In this document: positions 56,204-64,000 of the stretch, piece by piece
Layout: every line of letters starts with the position of its first letter
Position numbering within the stretch: the stretch's first letter is position 1
Source of the DNA: an uncultured Planctomycetota bacterium
GTDB lineage: Bacteria > Planctomycetota > Planctomycetia > Isosphaerales > Isosphaeraceae
Assembly (NCBI GenBank): GCA_963845755.1
Contig: CAWJTV010000011.1
Location: forward strand, 1,280,001-1,344,000
Length of the DNA: 64,000 nucleotides
Reading direction: 5' to 3'
Notes under the pieces: model-generated
The model's database searches: none
Told to the model about the DNA's origin: nothing
Seen by the model: the letters and a program-made list of their open reading frames with translations, nothing else
Made by a program: the position numbers and the translations under genes

Positions 56204-56497
56204 TCAAATTGCAGGCAGGCGCTGAGCCGAGCCATCGTCGATTTGGAAAGACTGTCGATCACACAACGGTCCTTCGATGGAATGGCTAATATCATCCCAG
56301 TCGTCCGGTTCCATCTCCGCGAGGAGAGGATACATCGCCTCGACGTCCTCGCCGTCGGTGAGGGCCTGGATCTTTTCGAAGTGCTCGGCTCGCATCAGCA
56401 CGTAGCTGGCCTTGGTCGTGTCATCGACGAGGTAGACGGGGGCACCGTCTCGTTCGTCAATGGCCTGTCGCAGGTCGTCGGGAAGTTTCGTCGTCAT
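56204..56497 (-). pseudogene. Antitoxin-like small protein with a remnant of a toxin C-terminus
   Basis: PVYLVD..YVLMRAE.FE plus acidic tail; the overlapping frame gives VIDSLSKSTMARLSACL, resembling a MazF C-terminal helix. Confidence 0.5.
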
Positions 56498-56600
56498 GGT
56501 ATCGTCCCGTTGATCGATGAGTGAGGCCAGTATACCAGCAACGGTAGACCGAGGCCAGCACCTTCGGGCGAGCCGTGGCAGGCGGCTTGCGCCCGAGGAA

Positions 56601-57659
56601 TCAACTGGCCCGGAAGATCCGGGCGGTGGCCTGTTCGGTGGCCGCGGGGATCTCGGTCAGCAGGTGGTCGACGATCTTGTCGGGTGCGATGCCCTCGGCC
56701 TCGGCGTGGAAGGTCGTGACGATGCGGTGGCGGAGGACCGGCTTGGCGACGTGGCGTACGTCGGCGACGCCGGCATGGAGCCGGCCATTCAGTGCGGCGC
56801 GGGCCTTGGCGGCCAGGATCAAGGATTGGCCGGCGCGCGGGCCGGCGCCCCACGAGACGCACTTCCGCACCAGTTCGGTGGACTCGGGCTCATTCGGACG
56901 ACTGGCGCGGACGATGTCGCGCGCGTACTGGAACACGTGCTCGGCCACCGGCACGCGGCGGACCAGTCGCTGCAAGCCGAGGATCTGCTCGCCCGTGAGC
57001 GCGATCGCCGGCGACGGCGATTCCTCGCCGGTGGTGCGCCGGAGGATCTCCAGCTCCTCGTCGGCGCTGGGATAGGGCACCAGGACGTTCATCATGAACC
57101 GGTCGAGCTGGGCTTCGGGGAGCGGATAGGTCCCTTCCTGCTCGATCGGGTTCTGGGTCGCCAGGACGAAGAACGGGTTGGGCAGGGGATATGTCGAGCC
57201 ACCGGCGGTGACGTGCCGCTCCTGCATCGCCTCGAGCAGCGCGGCCTGGGTCTTCGGCGGCGTGCGGTTGATCTCATCGGCCAGGATCATGTTGGCGAAG
57301 ATCGGCCCGGCGATGAACGTGAACCGCCGCCGCCCGCTCTCGGGGTCGTCCTGGAGGATGTCGGTCCCGGTGATGTCCGAGGGCATCATGTCCGGCGTGA
57401 ACTGGATGCGGCGGAACGAGAGCTGCAAGATCTTTGCCAGGGTGCTGACGAGCAGCGTCTTGGCCAGTCCCGGCACGCCGACGAGTAAGACGTGGCCTCG
57501 GGCCAAGAGGCCGGTGAGCAGGTCTTCGACGACGCTCTCCTGGCCGATGATGACCTTGCCGATCTCGTCGCGCAGCCGCCGATAATCGTGGGCGAGGGCG
57601 GCGACCGCTGTGGCGTCGCCGCCTGAGGGTTCCACGTCGGATGGGGCGGCTGTTGACAT
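56601..57659 (-). CDS. moxR: MoxR-family AAA+ ATPase
   Basis: GVPGLAKT, RIQFTPD, LADEINRTPPKTQAALLEAMQE, ATQNPIEQEGTYPLPEAQLDRF. Confidence 0.96.
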   Translation of the reverse strand: MSTAAPSDVEPSGGDATAVAALAHDYRRLRDEIGKVIIGQESVVEDLLTGLLARGHVLLVGVPGLAKTLLVSTLAKILQLSFRRIQFTPDMMPSDITGTDILQDDPESGRRRFTFIAGPIFANMILADEINRTPPKTQAALLEAMQERHVTAGGSTYPLPNPFFVLATQNPIEQEGTYPLPEAQLDRFMMNVLVPYPSADEELEILRRTTGEESPSPAIALTGEQILGLQRLVRRVPVAEHVFQYARDIVRASRPNEPESTELVRKCVSWGAGPRAGQSLILAAKARAALNGRLHAGVADVRHVAKPVLRHRIVTTFHAEAEGIAPDKIVDHLLTEIPAATEQATARIFRAS

Positions 57660-57684
57660 TGCGGAGAATCCTCCTTCGGGGAAA

Positions 57685-57715
57685 GGCTGAAGGATGAAGA
57701 CTGAAGGATGAAGGA
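57685..57715. repeat. Heptamer tandem repeat (TGAAGGA-like)
   Basis: GGCTGAAGGATGAAGACTGAAGGATGAAGGA. Confidence 0.6.
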
Positions 57716-57904
57716 GTGACCCTCGGGAATACGCCGGATTTCAGGCTCACGCGCCGATGGTGTGGCTGTCAAGTGGCGAGAGATCCTCGAAGGCTCTCGA
57801 GGGAGCGTACCGAAGCGGTTTTCCCGTTCTGGCGTCGGTGGTCGCGGGGGCTGTATGATCCAGATCGATGATGACCCAATCCCTGGCCAATCGGAACAAA
57901 ATTC

Positions 57905-58362
57905 ATGGATGCCGAAAACACGTTGGAGGCACTCCTCGAAGGATACCCGGTGGTGATCTCCGTGACGGTGCAATGGGGCGATCAGGACGCCTTCGGCCAC
58001 GTGAACAACACGGTTTACTTTCGCTGGTTCGAGTCGGCCCGGATCGCGTACTTCCTGCGGATCGGGCTCCGGACCTTGCAGGCGGACGAGCGAGTCGGGT
58101 CGATCCTCGCATCGTCCTCGTGCGAGTATCGCAAGTCCATCACGTTCCCGGACACGGTCCGCGTGGGTGTCCGCGTGACCCGAATCGGCCGCACCAGCAT
58201 CGGGTTCGAGCATCGGATCGTCAGCGAAGCGCAGGGGCGCTGGCGGCCGAGGGAGCCTCGACGGTCGTGGTCATCGATTACGCCGACAATCGGCCCCGTC
58301 CCGTGCCGGAGTCCGTCCGCCAGGCGATCGGGGCGCTGGAGGGGCACGGCTTTGGCTCCTGA
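57905..58362 (+). CDS. Acyl-CoA thioesterase (4HBT/YbgC-like; frameshift near 58240)
   Basis: WGDQDAFGHVNNTVYFRWFESAR. Confidence 0.9.
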
Positions 58363-58407
58363 CTCCAGCCGGATCGAGTTCGAGCCACGCGTCCCAGGAA
58401 GGAATCC

Positions 58408-59091
58408 ATGCAGGATTATGACACCAGTTGCAAGTGGATGATCCTGCACCATGCCGACGCGATCCTGCGCATGGCCGGCTCCCGCCTCATGAAGTCCTGG
58501 AAGGCGATCCAGGCTGAGCCGGTGCATCCGCGGCGACTCCCCGACGGCCTGATCGAGGTCCGGTATGTCGGCCGCCCCCGGCCGGTCTACTTCGTGCTGG
58601 AGGTTTCCAGCTATCCCTACCGGCGGCTGGCCAAGCAGGCAAGCGATGTTGCCCTTCTGGTTTATCTCGAGCACGGCGTGGTGCCCGAGGTCGTGACGCT
58701 GGTCCTGTATACCCGCGGCAAACGGCCCACTCCGAGTAATCTGATCCTGCCCAGCGAGGAGGGCTTCTCGAGCATCCAGGTCTCCTGGAAGGATGACCCG
58801 GGCATGTTCCAGTTGTTGGGAGGGACCAAGGCCATGATCAAGGTCTAATCGCCGCTGCTTCGAGTAATCATCGAAGCGGCAACTCAGGAACGCGAACGGG
58901 AGGTGAAGGAAGACGCCCTCATCACATTCCTGGTCGGTCGCTTCGGGGTCAAGGCCAAGGCCGTGAAGGCCAAATTGGAAAGCGTGAGCGACAACCGGCT
59001 TCAGGCTCTCCTTGTCCTCGCCGGCACTTGCCCGGATCTCGAGACTTTCCACGAGGCGCTCGCACCGCGGAGAGGCAAGCGGGGACTCTGA
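58408..59091 (+). pseudogene. Rpn-like PD-(D/E)XK protein, internally deleted and interrupted by a stop
   Basis: YDTSCKW..LPDGL..VLEVSSYP; abrupt jump to LLGG..MI; C-terminal L.GRFG..L..L..LA..CPDLE.F. Confidence 0.55.
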
Positions 59092-59136
59092 GGATCGACT
59101 CGATTTACGGATCGTTGCGGGAGTTGGAGCCAAGCC

Positions 59137-60178
59137 TCAGCGGAATCGTTCCTTGTCGACCGGGATGCCCGAGCGTCGCCAGACGGCCTTCCAGGGTTCG
59201 TCGACGGGTTCGACCAGCCGTGTGATCAGCCCGGCGCGGTCTTGATTGATCCGGCGATTCGTCGGAACGCCCGCATCCGGACTGACGGGCGGCAGCGCCT
59301 CGAACATCGCCACGGCGCGCGCGGGTCAACAACCGCCTTGGCCCGGATGACCATCAAGACGTACCGGACGTCCCCGCTGGGGCTGAGTGGGCGGGATGCC
59401 GTGGCCTGCGTGAGCAACAGGTCGGCCACCTGGCGGTCGTACCGGGCCAGGAAGGTCGCGTTATCGACGGGGCTGAAAACGCGGACAACGCTCTGGGGGT
59501 CCTTGTCGACTTTCGGCATCAGGGCGACCGCCTTCCAGAAGACCTCGTTCAAGCGTTCCGGCGTGACTTTTTCGACGATTGGGAGGATCGACGCGGCGGG
59601 ATTGTCGGCGACCATGAGCCGGGGGTTCACGCGCTCCGCAAGGTCGCGAGGACCGCCGAGTCCATCGATCAACAGGATCGACTCGGCCAGGGCCGAGCGC
59701 GCGGACGACTTGTCCCGGTCGGCCAGACCGAGCGCCAGGAGGGCCCAACCGCAGGGTTGCTCGCGAGGCATCTTCAGCCCGGCGATCAACCGCCGTACGC
59801 GATCTGGATCAGTCTTCGACATGGCAGAGTCCGTTTCAACGGCTCGGCCAGGGTCAGTTGGATCGGTGGGATCGGTCCTTTCCCGGTGAGCTCGGCCAGT
59901 TCCGCGGCGACCAGCCGACCGGGACGGTAGGCCCAGATGGCCCGAATGGGACCGATTCCCTGCAACCGTTGCCGGGCGAGCTCGAGACGGAAAGCTCCTT
60001 GAGCGTCGGTCGTCGTCCGTGCCAGCGTGGGGACCAATTCGTCTGCGGGCCTCCGTGCCGCGAGCACGACCTCAACACCAGACACCGGCTTTCCGGCGGG
60101 GTCAACCACGACGCCCGTGACGGTCACGGAATCCGCGGGTTGAGCCAGCAGTGCCACCGCGATCATTAACGTTCCCAT
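59137..60178 (-). pseudogene. Secreted carboxypeptidase-regulatory-like domain protein, internally deleted
   Basis: Signal peptide, VTGVVVDPAGKPVSGVEV, TTTDAQGAF; joined out of frame to a helical C-terminus (LARYDRQVA..A.VDPR). Confidence 0.55.
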
Positions 60179-60275
60179 GCGGGTGCCTCCTCTCGTCCAT
60201 CAGGGTCATCGAGCCTTCTGAGGTGGTCGGACATCGACGGAACTGATCAGGATTCTACACCCGCGCGAGATTAGA

Positions 60276-60422
60276 GTCGTCCTCCGTAGGATCCCTTCGC
60301 CCTGCGCGCCTCTGAGGATTCCGAATTCCGGATTCGCGATTCCGGATTCCCGGATCATTCCCCTTCGGGAATCCGGAATCGCGAATCGGGAATCCCGATG
60401 GGGTTGCGGCCGAAGGCCGCGT
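60276..60422 (-). repeat. Asymmetric heptamer element copy
   Basis: Near-identical reverse complement of 13670-13816; further degenerate heptamers at 60450-60540. Confidence 0.85.
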
Positions 60423-60567
60423 TAGGAAGTCAGTGACTACAGGTGGAAAGAATCGGATTCCAGATTCCGAATTCAAGATTCAAGAATCTTAAGTCTGTAA
60501 TCCATCGGGCTTAACATCCATTCGAAATCTTGAATCTATGGTTTTGAATCGATTCTTTCACAGCTTC

Positions 60568-61961
60568 TCAGCCTTCGGGCACGGTCCCGGTGTCGGTGTC
60601 GGCGTCCTTCGAGCTCTCGAGGGAGGTCAGTCCGGCGGCAAGAAACGGGCGAATCCGGTCGTCGAGCCAGGACTGCTTGAGGAACCATCGGACGTTCCCG
60701 GCGAGCGACGCGGGGCCGATGGTGTGCAGATCGTGCCCGCAATGCACGAGGGCCAGGAGGTTGGCCAGGGTATAGAGGAGCTGCGCGAAGATCTCGGGCA
60801 TGGTGTGGTCGGGCCGGTGGCGGAGTTGCTTCGCCATCGATTTCAGTCTCGCCAGCAGGCCGAGGAGGTCGGTCTGGGCCAGTGCCGCGGCTTCGGCCGG
60901 GCTGGGATCGATGAGAGTCAACAGGCAAATCGGTCGAACCGAACGGGACGCGGGGAAACCGCGACTCGAGGCCAGCCGCGACGGGGCCAGCGGATGCGGC
61001 CACAGGGTGCTGGAGGAGGGAATGTACTTCGTGAGTTCAGTCGGTGTCAGCATCTCGGTCAGGGGCAACTCCAACTGGAAGCCGATCAGGATGTTGAGCT
61101 CGTCCTCGTCCGGAACCATCAACGGTTCCTCGTAGACGCACGCCGGCGGAAGTCCGGGGCCCGAATCGATGACCATCGCAGTGGATCCGGTCTGGCTCTG
61201 GTCTGAAGCCAGGTGGGGCATCACCCGATAGGCCAGATGGAGAAGATTGAACTGGGACGCGTTCGAGTCGCGGAGGATCGTCATCCATTCGTGGAACCGT
61301 TCCTCGGCGCTGACTTCGTCGCGAAGGCCGCGCGGGATGACTTCCTCGACGAACCGCCGGAACGCTCGCTTGGCGGTCGTCAAAGCGCAGTTGAGGCGAT
61401 TCGCGTCGAACTCCGGGTACGCTTCCAGCAGTTCGGCGCGCGTCTTCCCACGCCGACCGCGGAACTCATCGGCCAGATAGATTTCCTCGAAGAAGACCCA
61501 GAAATGAGGTTTGCCGGTCCGCTCGCAGTGCCGCCGCAATGCCTGGAGCGCCTGGTGCAGCACGTCCAGGGCGTAGATCGCATCGGGGTCGAGCGTCGTC
61601 TCCGGTTCCGCCACGAAGGCTTGGCTCGCATCGGGGTCGAAGGGATAGGGCCGCGCGCCCCTGCGGCCCTCCGGTGGAAGTCGTGAACGTGATGTTGGAT
61701 CGACCGGTACAGGTAGGTGCGGAACCGAGCCCGCCGTCCATTCCGCGTCTCCTTTTCCTGGAAGGCGCGGAAGGTCCCGAGGAAATCCTTTTCGGCCACC
61801 TTGAGCAGGAAGGAATGGGCCAGGTCGCCGACGTCCGCCTCGGGGACTCGCATCAGTCGGAGTGCCCGAAGGATCGGATCGTAATACGCCAGGCAGAAGG
61901 CGTTCCAGGTGGCCAGGTCACCGTCCCGGGTCACGTTCTCATCGGCTACGAAGGCGTCCAT
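60568..61961 (-). CDS. Divergent ECF-like sigma factor with soluble C-terminal extension (frameshift near 61640)
   Basis: WNAFCLAYYDPI..DVGDLAHSFLLK..RFRTYLYRSI..DFHRR (sigma2-like); A..VL.QAL..LR..C..W.FFE..AKRAFRR (sigma4-like). Confidence 0.65.
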
Positions 61962-62134
61962 CGATTGGCCTCATTGATTCGATTCACACCGGGAACGCGA
62001 CGTCCCCGGTTCAGGCTGCCACAAGGTCCGTCTCTCCAATGACGCGGGAATGGGTCGGATCTTGCGCCGGTTGGGATGGCTGCCGGGTCATCGGGTCGGG
62101 TCCGGATGCGACTCCGGCCGCCCGGGCGAGCCGG

Positions 62135-64000
62135 TCAGCGGGGATTCGCAGAAGAACGACCCTCCCCCACGCTGACGCTGAAGGGGAAATTCTCGTACGG
62201 GACCTGGATCGCCGTCACAGTATAGCGCCACTCGCCCGCGGGGGCCCCCGCGGCCTCGACGACCAGCGTGGCCTGCGCCTCCTTCTCGTACACGTCGCCG
62301 GTCGGTGCCACCAGGCTAAGCTTGAGGCGGGCACCCTGCCCGGTGACGCTGAGCGCGAACCGGAGCGGGGCGCCGCTGGGACTGACGTAGGTCCGCGTCA
62401 CCGACGGCTGTCCTGAGGAATGACTGATGAGGCTCCGCTTGGTGGGCGAGAAGCCGCCGGAGATCATCGTCTTGTCCGACAGGGCTTCCGCCTCAGCGTT
62501 CACCGCGCTAAAGACCAGGTAACGAAGCAGTGCCTCCTCTTGCCGGCTATTCTGGGCCTCGTTGTGAAATGACGTGAAGATGACGGTCCCGTGGCCCGCC
62601 GGAAACTTCACCAGTAACGGCGCCTCCACCTGGCGACCGGTCATCGTCTTGAATGGCCCCCGCATGAAGATCGTGGCCCCGTTCCCCTCGAACCGTGCGG
62701 GATCCCAGTTGTTGGTGTCGAAATTCAAGGAGACCGTCGTGCCGAGCAACTCCTGGAGCCCCGAGTCCAAAACCTGAGCGGTGACCACCTGCGCCCGGCC
62801 GCTCCCACGGCTCGCGGCTGAAAGCCGGTTTCGTACATCCCACATCTGCGTCTGAAGCTCGTGGATTTCTTTTAGGATCGTGCGTGCTCGAGACTTAGCC
62901 TGGGCCTGAATGATTTTTCGGGCTCGACTACCAAGGACCTTTCCGATGGCATCGATGTCCCAGTCGAGCGGCGAAACCCCTCCGTCGCGCAGGCCCTGGA
63001 CGATGTCCCCCGCGGAGGGTTTGGGGTTATCAGCGAACCCCGCTCCTTCGAGCGCGACCGCTACGTGGTTCAGCCGCTCCGAGAGCGAACGACTCAAGGC
63101 GATCACTCGGATGGCCTCGGGAATCGTCTCGATCGAGGACCTCGGGCTGATCCTGTCAAGCCACTTGCGCTCCGCAGCCTCTATCTCGCCCAGCATGGCT
63201 TCGGGTATCTTCACCGCGCTCGGGAACGCCGCCGCGACGACTGTGTAGCGAAAGTCAGATGCGTAAAGACTCCCGCCACGAGTCACAAAGTCGCGGACGT
63301 TCTCCGACAGTTGTTCGAAACGCTCACGCCCATACGAGCCGTACGTGACTCCCGGACGCTTGGTGTCCTTGTAGGTCGCGCCTCCCCACTCTGAGGACCA
63401 CGCGTCGCACGTCAGGAAGAGGATGTCGAACTGACTCGTCCACTTCGGATCGAGCAGGTCCTCGATGGGCAAGCTCTTGAATCGAAACCCTTGGCCCAGG
63501 CCGCGGAGGAGTCGTCCCATATCGTCGTATTTGGAGTTCGTCACAGCAATCCGCAGCGCCCGGGCCGGCCGCCGGGCGGCGAGGTCAATCTCGTGGAACC
63601 GGACCGGTCCGGTGCTTGCGACCGGCATCACACGCCGGACCGGCCCCCGGGGGTTTCCTGTCAGCTTCTTACGAGCGTCCACCAACGAGACCGCCCCGAC
63701 CGAGAGGGTGAACGGGAAATTCGGATACGGCAGGGCCTCCGGCGTCACCGTGTAGGTCCACGCCCCGGCGATCGCCTGAGGAATGTCGATCGTCACGGTG
63801 GACTCGCCCTGCTTCGTGAACCGATTACCGCCCGGTGAAATGACATCCAACCGCAGCTTGGCCCCCCGCGCCTCGAAGCCTAGCGTGAACGCCAGGTTCC
63901 CCGGTCGCGCGTGCTCATACTTCCGCGTCACCGACGGATCGCCCGGCGCGGCGCTGAGCAAACTCGATTTCTGGAGCGAAAGCCCGCCGCTGACCATCGA
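62135..64000 (-). CDS. Unknown protein with class-I GATase-like domain and duplicated beta-sandwich (5' end outside the window)
   Basis: YDDMG.LL..FDILFLTC..FV..GGSLYASD..GHGTVIFTSFHNE; two similar ~100-aa domains ending PY.NFPF..SVG. Confidence 0.7.
   Translation of the reverse strand, partial: SMVSGGLSLQKSSLLSAAPGDPSVTRKYEHARPGNLAFTLGFEARGAKLRLDVISPGGNRFTKQGESTVTIDIPQAIAGAWTYTVTPEALPYPNFPFTLSVGAVSLVDARKKLTGNPRGPVRRVMPVASTGPVRFHEIDLAARRPARALRIAVTNSKYDDMGRLLRGLGQGFRFKSLPIEDLLDPKWTSQFDILFLTCDAWSSEWGGATYKDTKRPGVTYGSYGRERFEQLSENVRDFVTRGGSLYASDFRYTVVAAAFPSAVKIPEAMLGEIEAAERKWLDRISPRSSIETIPEAIRVIALSRSLSERLNHVAVALEGAGFADNPKPSAGDIVQGLRDGGVSPLDWDIDAIGKVLGSRARKIIQAQAKSRARTILKEIHELQTQMWDVRNRLSAASRGSGRAQVVTAQVLDSGLQELLGTTVSLNFDTNNWDPARFEGNGATIFMRGPFKTMTGRQVEAPLLVKFPAGHGTVIFTSFHNEAQNSRQEEALLRYLVFSAVNAEAEALSDKTMISGGFSPTKRSLISHSSGQPSVTRTYVSPSGAPLRFALSVTGQGARLKLSLVAPTGDVYEKEAQATLVVEAAGAPAGEWRYTVTAIQVPYENFPFSVSVGEGRSSANPR

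Noticed and set aside
1..64000. Many frameshifts as programmed frameshifting or mass pseudogenisation
   Set aside because: They hit housekeeping genes (lepB, lolC/E, ilvE), and the two IS copies correct each other (about 30941 and 45355). Uncorrected sequencing indels are the more likely cause.

Overview
GC-rich window that is almost certainly from a planctomycete, probably Isosphaerales-like. This is inferred from DUF1559 and H-X9-DG pilin-like genes, ECF sigma factors with long extensions, a Zn-ribbon signal peptidase I and a MoxR-DUF58-BatA operon. Many genes, including housekeeping ones, carry single-base frameshifts. Two copies of the same IS correct each other's frameshifts, which points to uncorrected long-read indel errors. 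Genes: a Ser/Thr kinase-ATPase; a YtrA/YtrB ABC operon with two Zn-ribbon permeases and a clear operator/promoter; ppk2-xfp; a YhiI-RbbA-YhhJ exporter; lepB; ilvE, USP and NUDIX; lolDE; lysS; two intact TA modules and one decayed one; four ECF-type sigma factors; a sulfotransferase; and the MoxR operon. Most notable: (1) a dense nested set of small non-autonomous elements, with MITEs inserted into 3-nt hairpin loops of REP-like repeats while carrying REPs as cargo, plus about 8 copies of a ~150-bp element with asymmetric ends; (2) a complete 2069-bp DUF6788+DDE insertion sequence with a 9-bp TSD; (3) a membrane-anchored ECF sigma fused to an OmpH/Skp-like domain; (4) an ECF sigma whose putative anti-sigma is fused to a degenerate DUF1559-like pilin. 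No rRNA, tRNA or CRISPR array was recognised.
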